Source: an uncultured Enterobacterales bacterium (GTDB lineage Bacteria; Myxococcota_A; UBA796; CAJQPC01). Taken from it: a stretch of DNA of 63,186 nt. The stretch's first letter is position 1. The number at the start of each line of letters is the position of its first letter. The stretch is taken from assembly GCA_964567625.1 (NCBI GenBank), contig CAZMNK010000004.1:1-63186 (forward strand). Direction: 5' to 3'. The position numbers were made by a program, and so were the translations under genes. Below the pieces are notes generated by a model, which saw nothing but the letters and a program-made list of their open reading frames with translations, was not told the origin of the DNA and searched no databases. Below are positions 43,523-51,402 of this stretch, piece after piece.

Positions 43523-44284
43523 TCAGTCTTCTTCTTCGGCTGTGGCGTCTGATCTGCCGGTCGGGGTGAACTTGCGGGAGGCAGCCTTTGCGGCGTTGAG
43601 CGTCAGCTTCAACTCCCAGATGGCACGTTCACCTTCCGGGTCCTCGGCCATGACTCGGGTTGTGTAGGACGTCGTCTCCTTGATCTCGTCAGAGGCGCTG
43701 AAGTGCAGCACCCCCTCTGAGTCGATGCTCAGGCCGGGCGGCGCATCTTCCAGGGAGAAGGTCAGTGGGTCGTCGTCGGGGTCTTTGACATCGATCACCA
43801 GGCCGTCCAGGTTCGCGGCCCCCTTGGACGGCTTGATCATCACGGGGGGAGAATTCTGAATGGTGACCCCCTCCGTCATGTACACGGTGTCGTTGGGGCC
43901 GTCGGTGACGTTGATCTCCACCTGGACCACATCGCCCTTTTTATAGGGGCCGCTGGTGAGCTTCTTGCCCGTGGCGCCAGACAGCGGTTTCTCGTTGATG
44001 AACCAACGGAACAGGGTCCGCAAGAGGTCCCCGTCCGGGTCGTGGAGATCCGCCAGAACCTGCAGATCTTCGTCGCGCCTGGGCTTCTTGGGGTCGATGC
44101 GGGCCTGGCGGACGACTGGAGCGCGGTTGGCCCCCGTCGGAACCTCTTCCTCTACGAAGTCACTCAATGGCTCCACCGCGGTGTCGATGGCCGGCTGGCC
44201 AAAGGTGGCCGGATCGGGCCGAGGAGCCCGTTGTTCCTGCTCGCATCCGGCGAGCATCATCGCTGTGAGGGCTGCGATCACCAT
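43523..44284 (-). CDS. hypothetical lipoprotein with cadherin/Ig-like repeats
   Basis: Lipobox MLAGC. Two repeats with NxAP / DPDGD / DPDDDPLTF signatures (NRAPVV...DLHDPDGD; NSPPVM...VKDPDDDPLTFSL). Confidence 0.6.
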   Translation of the reverse strand: MVIAALTAMMLAGCEQEQRAPRPDPATFGQPAIDTAVEPLSDFVEEEVPTGANRAPVVRQARIDPKKPRRDEDLQVLADLHDPDGDLLRTLFRWFINEKPLSGATGKKLTSGPYKKGDVVQVEINVTDGPNDTVYMTEGVTIQNSPPVMIKPSKGAANLDGLVIDVKDPDDDPLTFSLEDAPPGLSIDSEGVLHFSASDEIKETTSYTTRVMAEDPEGERAIWELKLTLNAAKAASRKFTPTGRSDATAEEED

Positions 44285-44348
44285 CTGCAGTGCTGCTTGA
44301 ACCCGGCAAGTGCGCGATTATACGAATCATGACCCTTCCGGGGCAGCC

Positions 44349-44825
44349 ATGAACCTGGAGATCACTGTTTACCCTGGTGCATTGACGCCCGAGGGGCTGG
44401 CGGTCGAGCTCTCGCTGCGGTCGACGCGGCGGGTCGCCGTGGACGTTCTTTCAGTGGTCGGAATTTGTGAAAATGGGGCCGAACTTGGTCCCAGGATCCT
44501 GGTGCCGTTGCCCGCCAAGCTCCTGGGAGAGCGCCGGTTGAAGATCCAGTTGCGCATCGGCGAAGTCGTTCCGGCCCAGGTCTGTTGCCGGGCATGGCTG
44601 GTGGGTGAAGAGGCCCCTCTGGAGGTCCGGGTGCCGGTCAGTGTGGGTGAGCGCTACCCGGGGCTTTCCGTGGCGCATGTGGCCTGCCTGGACGAGGTCA
44701 GCATCGAACACGACGAGGGCGCCTTCCAGGTGTTTGTTCAGGACTTCTTTCAGGGCGTCGACCCGGCAGAGATGGGTCTTGACGAGGTGGAAGAAGCGCT
44801 GAGAGACCTGATGTTGGACGACTGA
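44349..44825 (+). CDS. hypothetical protein
   Basis: ATG at 44349 (MNLEITVYPGAL); the track's GTG 44310 is an alternative. Acidic C-terminus. No family recognised. Confidence 0.45.
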   Translation: MNLEITVYPGALTPEGLAVELSLRSTRRVAVDVLSVVGICENGAELGPRILVPLPAKLLGERRLKIQLRIGEVVPAQVCCRAWLVGEEAPLEVRVPVSVGERYPGLSVAHVACLDEVSIEHDEGAFQVFVQDFFQGVDPAEMGLDEVEEALRDLMLDD

Positions 44826-44840
44826 GAGTTCGCGGTTTCG

Positions 44841-45926
44841 TCAGTGTCGGGTCTGGCTGGCGTCCTCCCAGACGTCCTTGGGAGGCGGAGCCTTCTGTCC
44901 TTCCAGGTTCTGGCGGCGCCAGGCCTGGATCCGGTGCAGGCGGAGCAGGAGGGCTTCGAGGCGTTCCTCCTTGCGCCACCGCTCGCGGGTGAGGTGGTTG
45001 CGACGGCGCACGGTGAAGGTGGCAGCCATCAATCCGAGCACTGCAATACCCCACCACACGCCATCCCCGGTGAGGGGCTCCAGCCAGATCAGGGAATTGT
45101 CCAGCCGGCTTCTCCAGCGGGCGTCCAGGTCCTCGGGGTATTCGCCGGTCGCCTCACGGAAGGCCGCGGTAAAGGGCGCTCCTCGCGACAGGGCATGGGT
45201 CAGGGTGTGGACCGACTCCAGGCCGTGTTCCGCCACCAGCCATCCGATCAGATCGGCGCTCTGGGCATAGGCCAGCCGGGCTCGCAAGGGATCGTCGGGG
45301 AAGCCATGGCCCAGATCCTTCAGGCTCAGCAGCCCGCGCCCAAGCAGTCCACTGGCAATCTGGCGGGTGGTCTCCGGGCCGTACTCCCCGGCCACCCACT
45401 GAGCCAGGCCCTCTTGAAGCCAGGAGGGGACCGGACGGGCGCCAAAGGCCTCTCCCAGCAGGACATGGGTGATCTCATGGTCCAGGACCTGTTCAATGGG
45501 GCGAGCGACGCCACCTCGGGTGTGGCTGTCCCGCAGGAAGATGAGGGTTCTCTGGGGCCAGGCTGTGGCGTCTGCCCAGGCGGGAACCCGCCCCGGCTGG
45601 AGCTCTCGAAAGGTGGCATCGCTGTCTGCCAGGTAGACGTCCATTGTGCGTCCAGCGGGCAGGTCCAGGCGCCGCGCGATCTCCGGCACCGAGCGTGCAG
45701 CATGGTTCGCCAGGCGCTGGGCCTGGCCGGCCAGGGATGAAGGAGCGTGCACCCGCGCGTAGAGCCCGTGAAGGGTCACCCATCCTCTGGGGGCTGCAGG
45801 AGGAGGGTCCAGCCGAGCAGCCATGTCTGGCGCTTCAGGAGGCAGCGCCCACTCTGCGGCAGGCAGGGGCGTGGAGAATAGAAGTGCCATGGTGGTTGTC
45901 AGCAGGAACAGCATTCTTCGAACCAT
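44841..45926 (-). CDS. peptidase MA-clan zinc metalloprotease (Peptidase_MA_2-like) with C-terminal membrane anchor
   Basis: Signal peptide MLFLLTTTMALLFSTPLPA; HEITHVLL (HExxH) followed by WLQEGLAQWVAGE (third ligand Glu block); late helix VWWGIAVLGLMAATF. Confidence 0.75.
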   Translation of the reverse strand: MVRRMLFLLTTTMALLFSTPLPAAEWALPPEAPDMAARLDPPPAAPRGWVTLHGLYARVHAPSSLAGQAQRLANHAARSVPEIARRLDLPAGRTMDVYLADSDATFRELQPGRVPAWADATAWPQRTLIFLRDSHTRGGVARPIEQVLDHEITHVLLGEAFGARPVPSWLQEGLAQWVAGEYGPETTRQIASGLLGRGLLSLKDLGHGFPDDPLRARLAYAQSADLIGWLVAEHGLESVHTLTHALSRGAPFTAAFREATGEYPEDLDARWRSRLDNSLIWLEPLTGDGVWWGIAVLGLMAATFTVRRRNHLTRERWRKEERLEALLLRLHRIQAWRRQNLEGQKAPPPKDVWEDASQTRH

Positions 45927-46014
45927 GGGATGAATCTAGACTCCAAACGGGAAGTGACAACCCGGGTCATGGACTGTCATCGGATATGTTCCGCATCCAC
46001 TGGATGGAGTCACT

Positions 46015-46431
46015 ATGTCTTCGCGCACACTCATCGCTGTTGCGATGTGGGTCGGCCTGGCCGCCGGGTGTGTGTCCACCAAGATCCGCTCGGTCCAGAG
46101 CTTTGTCGATTTTCCGGTGGCGGGTGCCGTGTTGGTGGCGGACACCTACTCCTGGCGGCTGGTCGCACTGTCCGGCCACCGGGTGGATCGGGTGGACGAC
46201 GGCCGGCTGTCCATCGAGGTCCGGCTGAAGAACCTCTCGGGACTGGACCTGCCTGTCGAGATCAAGACGGTCTTTCACGGGGCCGATGGGGTCGTGGTTA
46301 GCCAGGATGCGGACTGGCGCCCTGTGGTCATTCCAGGCAATAGCGAGCACCGGTACCGGGCGATCTCCGACAATCGTTTTGCGGCCAGCTTTGAGGTGAC
46401 ACTCCGCACCCCCCTGACGAGGGGCCTTTGA
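46015..46431 (+). CDS. YcfL/DUF1425-like lipoprotein
   Basis: Lipobox LAAGC; size (138 aa); beta-sandwich-like RLSIEVRLKNLSGLDLPVEIKTVFHGADG pattern. Confidence 0.55.
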   Translation: MSSRTLIAVAMWVGLAAGCVSTKIRSVQSFVDFPVAGAVLVADTYSWRLVALSGHRVDRVDDGRLSIEVRLKNLSGLDLPVEIKTVFHGADGVVVSQDADWRPVVIPGNSEHRYRAISDNRFAASFEVTLRTPLTRGL

Positions 46432-46467
46432 CTCCTCCACGATAGAATCCAGGGGCTGGAGGCTTCG

Positions 46468-47091
46468 ATGCTGTGGATGATGCTGGTGATCGGCTGCCAG
46501 GAGGCGACCCCGAACTGGCGCCTGTTGGAACCCTATGGGGCCCAGGATGCCTCGTCCTCTGCGGATCAGGGGGCCACAACTGCCCTGGCCAGTCAGCTCA
46601 ATGACGCCGAGGAAGTTCTCCAGGCCAAGCTCGAGGAGGTCGACCCCGAAGAGGGCTCGCAAGCGCAGGATGGGGACGGGTTCGACAACCCCTGGGGCCC
46701 CAATGCCACCGCCGCAGAAGAGATCCCCGTGGCGGCCCCGGAGGAGGAGCCTGCCACCGGTTCCGGTGACGATTTACCAGACCAGGCGCCCCAGACCCTG
46801 GAAGACCAGGGTTCGGAACTGTTTGGTCTGCCGAGTAGCGCCGCCTGGGGGGTCCGCCTGTTGGGGACCATCGCCCAATCACAGCCACCGCGGGCTGCAC
46901 TCGGGCTTCCAGATGGCACGGAGGTGGTCGTGGCGCCGGGCTCCATGCTGCCCTCGGTGGGCATGGTGATCATCTCCGTGGGGCAGAACAGGGTCCAGGT
47001 CGCCCGGGTGTCCCCGGCGGGAGACCACGCCGAGATCGAGATGGTGAACCTGGTGGCCCAGTACGCACAGACGGCTGAGACCCCGGAATAG
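46468..47091 (+). CDS. hypothetical lipoprotein (acidic linker + PilP/GspC-HR-like C-terminal domain suspected)
   Basis: Lipobox VIGC. Long acidic low-complexity linker. C-terminal VRLLGTIAQSQPPRAALGLPDGTEVVVAPGSMLP...IISVGQNRVQVARV. Confidence 0.5.
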   Translation: MLWMMLVIGCQEATPNWRLLEPYGAQDASSSADQGATTALASQLNDAEEVLQAKLEEVDPEEGSQAQDGDGFDNPWGPNATAAEEIPVAAPEEEPATGSGDDLPDQAPQTLEDQGSELFGLPSSAAWGVRLLGTIAQSQPPRAALGLPDGTEVVVAPGSMLPSVGMVIISVGQNRVQVARVSPAGDHAEIEMVNLVAQYAQTAETPE

Positions 47092-47137
47092 CCCCAATGC
47101 TCCCCTGGTGGAGGGGTGACAACCGGCAAGGGTTGAG

Positions 47138-47178
47138 GTGTCGATGGCCCGTCGTCACCAGGTGAGCGCCATCGACAC
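47138..47178. other. 41-nt nested inverted repeat upstream of comEC
   Basis: GTGTCGATGGC (47138-47148) pairs perfectly with GCCATCGACAC (47168-47178). The 19-nt spacer contains the palindrome TCACCAGGTGA (47155-47165). Confidence 0.6.
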
Positions 47179-47229
47179 ACCCGGCCTCTCTCGGTCCCTT
47201 CGTGCTCCGGGCCTGGCTCTTGCCAGGGG

Positions 47230-49845
47230 TTGGGCAAAGTGCGCGACCCTCTCCTGGTACCGGGCCTCCTCGCTGTGTTGGGCGTCTGTCTGGGGTCTGC
47301 CACGCCCGGCTCCTGGGAGCCTGCGTGGGTCGGGGCGGTGTTGTGTGGTCTGCTCGGGTTCTTCGGAGCCCGTCACGGGGCTCGCTCCGCGCTGTTTGCG
47401 GCCTGGGCAGGGATCCTGTTGCTCGGGATCACCGCACCCCGAGTAGCGCCCCCACCTCTTGTTTTGGAGGGGCGGCATGCAGTCATGGGCCAGGTGCTCT
47501 CGGCCTCGGGTCGTCGGGTGCTCGTCCAGGTTCGGTCTCTGGACGGGGTTCCAGAGGAGGGCCGGGTCCTCCTGGACCTGCCTGAGCCGGGGCCCGTGCG
47601 GGGGGACCTGCTGGCTGTCTTCGGGCGATCGGTGCCCTTGCTCGACCCGGCACTCCCCGGCGAACAGGACCCGTCTGCCCTGGCCCGGTCCCAGGGAGTG
47701 GCCAGTCGGTTGCGGGTCGACCAGGTGCAGATCTTCGGGGTTCCGCAGAGGCTCTCCCCGGCCTTTGACGAGGCGCGCCACGGGGGGGTCCTGCGGGCCC
47801 TGGCCGCCGGGGATCGGGGAGGGGTGAATCCCGAGACCCTGGATCTTCTTCGCCGCACAGGGACCCGGCACCTGCTGGCGATTTCAGGACTGCACGTGGG
47901 GCTGGTTGCCGGCCTGGGGGCTCTGTGTGGCCGGGCGCTCTGTCGCCCCTGGATTGCCCTGTGGCCCCTCCTGGGGGCGGGTTGGCTGCGGTTCTTTCCG
48001 GTGCTGACCGGGTTGGCTGCCGGCTGGGCCTATGCCGCGGCGGCGGGCTCTGCGGTGTCCGCCCGAAGGGCCCTCTGGATGGTCATGGGGGTGCTGTTGG
48101 GGGCTGCCTCGGGTCGAGGTGTGCGGCCATGGAACCTGCTGGGAGGCGCTGCCCTGGCGGTGTCCCTCTCCTCGCCCTGGGAGGTCCGCACCCTGGCCTT
48201 TGGCCTGTCCTTTTGCGCCGTGGCCGGAATCCTGTGGGTTGTTCCGCGCCTGGTTCGGTGGTTGCCACCGGACCTTCCACGGCCCGTGAGCTGGCTGGCG
48301 GGGTCCGTGGCCGCCACCCTGGGGGCCACGGCGGGCACGCTGCCCCTGGTGGCCTGGGTCTTTCAGGACGTCGCCTGGACCGCTCCCCTGGCCAATGCGC
48401 TCGCAGTACCCCTGATCGGTGGGGTCGCCGTTCCGGCGTCCCTGCTCGGGGCCCTTGGGCTTCCAGGGGCGGTGTGGCTGGCGGATGGGGCGGTGGAGGT
48501 GGCGTTTACATGGCTCCAGTGGGTCGCTGGACCGGTGGCTCATCCGTCGGTGGGAATCCTTGGGGCGGCGCTGGTTGTGGCAGCTGTCGGGGCGCTGTCT
48601 CGCCCTGGCCTGTCCCTGTTCCTGGCGCTTGCCGCATGCCTGCGAGCCCATGGGGTCGGAGTGTTGACGGTCACCTTCCTGGCGGTCGGCCAGGGGGATG
48701 CGACGCTCGTGGAACTTCCGGGTGGCGGGCGGCTGCTGGTGGATGGAGGCCCTCCCTCTCGAAGGGTGCTCCACTGGCTTCGTCGGGCTGGCATCCTCTG
48801 GCTGGATGAGGTGGTGCTGACCCACCCCCACCCGGACCACGCCGGGGGTCTGTTGCCGGTGCTCGAAGAACTGGGTGTCGGCGGGCTGCGAGTCCCCCGG
48901 TTTCCGCGGCCCGAAGAAGACGGGTTCGTGGACCTGTGGGTTGCTGCCCAGGAGAGAGAAGTCCCGCTGATAGGCCCCCATGAGCCGAGCCTGGATGGGG
49001 TCGACGTGCTCCACCCGTCACTGGAATTCCTGGAGAGGATCGACGACCTCAACGAGGCATCTGTCGTGCTGCGCATCACCCATGGCCAGACGGATCTGCT
49101 GCTGACTGGAGACATCGAAGAGCGGGGGGAAGAGGCCCTGCTGAGGGGAGACATCTCCCCAGTGGACTGGCTCAAGATCCCCCACCACGGGTCTTTGACC
49201 TCTTCCGCTCCTGCCCTGGTCGCAGCACTGGCGCCCAGGGTCGCAGTGGCCTGCAGTGGGGTGGAAAACCGCTACCGCCATCCGCGGCCGGAAGTCGTGT
49301 CTCGCTATCTTCGACAGGGCGCCCAGGTGCTGCGAACGGACACCCAGGGGACCGTCCAGCTGCGCTCGGATGGTCGGCGCGAGAGCTGGCGCAGCTGGCG
49401 TCCGGGACAGGGCTGGAGCTCCTGGTCTACCCTCGAACCTGGAGGCTCCATGGAAATGCTCACCTTCCAGTCCAGCCGGTGGACGGCCGGCAATGTCTTC
49501 TTCCCGGACCGGGTGACCCTGGAAGAGAACCACGTGCTCTACCAGAAGAACGGGATCATCAAGCGGGACAAGGAGACCATCCAGTTCGAACAGATCAGCT
49601 CGGTCTCCGTGCGCAGGGGGTGGTTCTTTGCGCTGTTGGTGCTGGAGACAACCGGGGGCACCCGGCCCATTGTGCTCAACGGGCTGTGGGCCAGCGAGGC
49701 GGAGGCGGCCAGGACAGCGCTGATGGCGCGTATCCATGAGCGCCAGGTTTCCCTGGAAGACCGTGTTCTGGGCCTGCTCGAAGAGCAGAACCAGTTGTTG
49801 AAGCGCCTGGTGGTGGCGGCGGAGTCGGGAAGTCCGCCCACCTGA
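47230..49845 (+). CDS. comEC: DNA internalization competence protein ComEC/Rec2 fused to a C-terminal bacterial PH (bPH/YdbT-like) module
   Basis: Competence membrane domain (TRHLLAISGLHVG...), metallo-beta-lactamase domain (FLAVGQGDATLVE, LTHPHPDHAGG, KIPHHGS), then after aa ~740 FFPDRVTLEENHVLYQKNGIIKRDKETIQFEQISSVSVRRGWFFALLVLETTGG. TTG start (GTG 47239 is an alternative). Confidence 0.85.
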   Translation: MGKVRDPLLVPGLLAVLGVCLGSATPGSWEPAWVGAVLCGLLGFFGARHGARSALFAAWAGILLLGITAPRVAPPPLVLEGRHAVMGQVLSASGRRVLVQVRSLDGVPEEGRVLLDLPEPGPVRGDLLAVFGRSVPLLDPALPGEQDPSALARSQGVASRLRVDQVQIFGVPQRLSPAFDEARHGGVLRALAAGDRGGVNPETLDLLRRTGTRHLLAISGLHVGLVAGLGALCGRALCRPWIALWPLLGAGWLRFFPVLTGLAAGWAYAAAAGSAVSARRALWMVMGVLLGAASGRGVRPWNLLGGAALAVSLSSPWEVRTLAFGLSFCAVAGILWVVPRLVRWLPPDLPRPVSWLAGSVAATLGATAGTLPLVAWVFQDVAWTAPLANALAVPLIGGVAVPASLLGALGLPGAVWLADGAVEVAFTWLQWVAGPVAHPSVGILGAALVVAAVGALSRPGLSLFLALAACLRAHGVGVLTVTFLAVGQGDATLVELPGGGRLLVDGGPPSRRVLHWLRRAGILWLDEVVLTHPHPDHAGGLLPVLEELGVGGLRVPRFPRPEEDGFVDLWVAAQEREVPLIGPHEPSLDGVDVLHPSLEFLERIDDLNEASVVLRITHGQTDLLLTGDIEERGEEALLRGDISPVDWLKIPHHGSLTSSAPALVAALAPRVAVACSGVENRYRHPRPEVVSRYLRQGAQVLRTDTQGTVQLRSDGRRESWRSWRPGQGWSSWSTLEPGGSMEMLTFQSSRWTAGNVFFPDRVTLEENHVLYQKNGIIKRDKETIQFEQISSVSVRRGWFFALLVLETTGGTRPIVLNGLWASEAEAARTALMARIHERQVSLEDRVLGLLEEQNQLLKRLVVAAESGSPPT

Positions 49846-49857
49846 GCCGGGGGTGCC

Positions 49858-50703
49858 TCAGGACTCCTCGGTGTCCGGGGCTTCCGGGGTCGGAGACGGC
49901 TGTGTAGCAGGGACTCTCTTCGCCTTGACGGCGGCCTGCCAGAGCAGGAGCCAGGCGATGGCCGAGCAGACCCCGATGGCAAGGGAGATCGCCTGGGCGT
50001 TGCTCAGGACCTGTCCGATCTGGTTTTCGAACACGAACCCTCGGGCCACGTCGCCCCTCGCCAGCTCGTTCAGGGATCGGAGGACCGGGTAGATCGACAG
50101 GTACGCCAGCATGATCTGCCCATTGAAGCGCTTGCGCCCTCGCAGCCAGATCAGGAAGGTCACGAGCAGGGCCAGGTAGGTGGCGGCGTAGAGCTGGGCG
50201 GGGTGTACAGCCACGTGCATGGGTGCCACGGACACCGGGTCGGTGAAGGTGACACCCCAGGCCGCATCGGTGGGGCGCCCGTGGCAGCAACCCGCAGCGA
50301 AGCACCCCAGTCGCCCCAGCATGTGCATGATCGGAATCGCGGGGGCGATGGCGTCGAGGACCTTGGGGAGGTTCTGTCCCCGTTTTCGGGTCAGGATGAC
50401 CAGGGTGGGCAGGGCGGCGAGCAGGGCCCCGTAGAAGACCAGGCCCCCGTCTCGAAGGGCCAGGATGCGCATTGGATCATCGTCGAACTGGTGCCAGTTC
50501 ACCCGCACGTACTCGGCCCGTGACCCGATGATGCCTGCCACCAGGACCCAGAAGCCGACTTCGCGGAAGAAGCCTTCGGGGAGGCCGTCTCGTTCACCCC
50601 ACCAGTCTGCTGAATAGGAGGCAGCGAGCACACCGATGGCGACCATCACGCCGTAGGTGTGGATGGCGAAGCCGTTGGGGAGGGTGAACAGGATCGGGTG
50701 CAA
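49858..50703 (-). CDS. lgt: prolipoprotein diacylglyceryl transferase
   Basis: The TTG start lies immediately after the lspA stop. Blocks: HPILFTLPNGFAIHTYGVMVAIG, GRLGCFAAGCCHGRPT, HPAQLY. Confidence 0.9.
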   Translation of the reverse strand: MHPILFTLPNGFAIHTYGVMVAIGVLAASYSADWWGERDGLPEGFFREVGFWVLVAGIIGSRAEYVRVNWHQFDDDPMRILALRDGGLVFYGALLAALPTLVILTRKRGQNLPKVLDAIAPAIPIMHMLGRLGCFAAGCCHGRPTDAAWGVTFTDPVSVAPMHVAVHPAQLYAATYLALLVTFLIWLRGRKRFNGQIMLAYLSIYPVLRSLNELARGDVARGFVFENQIGQVLSNAQAISLAIGVCSAIAWLLLWQAAVKAKRVPATQPSPTPEAPDTEES

Positions 50704-51291
50704 TCAGGCGCCTTCGGTTGCGGTGGGACCTTCCCCGACCAGATCCGCCTCGCCCTTTCGATCCTCGAAGAACAGGTAGTGGATCAGGAAAAGGATGACG
50801 CCGACCACGATGCAGGCGTCTGCCACGTTCCAGGAGGGGTATTCACAGGTGTTGAAGCGGGGGGCCAGCCAGGCGCAGGCCTCGGTGCCCCGGGCGACGT
50901 AGAACCGCAGAAAGTCGGTGACACCCTGGTAGAGGGCCCGGTCGATGGCGTTTCCGACGGCACCAGCGGTGATCATGCCCAGGGTGAAGGTGAGGAGTTT
51001 GTCCTCTTCGACCAGCTGGTGGATCTGCCACACGATCAAGCCCAGCACGAGGGCCGTAAAGCCCAGGAAAATGATCATGCGACTGTTCAGGTCGCCCATA
51101 TCCCCGAAGCTCCCAAAAGCAGCGCCATGGTTGGTGACGTGGACGATCTGGAAGAAGCCATCGATCACGTCAATGGCGTCTCGGCGACTCAGGATGTTGT
51201 TGCGGATCCAGACCTTGGTGATCTGGTCCAGGCCAATCAGGATCAGGTTCGTGATCCCGAACAAGAGCCACTTTCGGCGGGTGGGACTCAT
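50704..51291 (-). CDS. lspA: lipoprotein signal peptidase II
   Basis: Start at MSPTRRKW (complement of 51289-51291); the track's 225-aa version is over-extended. Blocks: LDQITK, VTNHGAAFG, GAVGNAIDR, WNVADACI. Confidence 0.9.
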   Translation of the reverse strand: MSPTRRKWLLFGITNLILIGLDQITKVWIRNNILSRRDAIDVIDGFFQIVHVTNHGAAFGSFGDMGDLNSRMIIFLGFTALVLGLIVWQIHQLVEEDKLLTFTLGMITAGAVGNAIDRALYQGVTDFLRFYVARGTEACAWLAPRFNTCEYPSWNVADACIVVGVILFLIHYLFFEDRKGEADLVGEGPTATEGA

Positions 51292-51402
51292 GGTCTTTCT
51301 CTGGAAGCCCGGTGGTTGTAGCCGCCTGCCTTGAGCGGGGCCAATGCCGCTGTGCGCTCCGGGGGATACGCGACCCTCCATTCCCTGCTAGGAGCTGAGT
51401 TC

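Noticed and set aside
47230-49845. ComEC as evidence of a competence island or mobile DNA
   Set aside because: ComEC/Rec2 homologues are widespread core genes. No other com, pil or integrase genes are adjacent.
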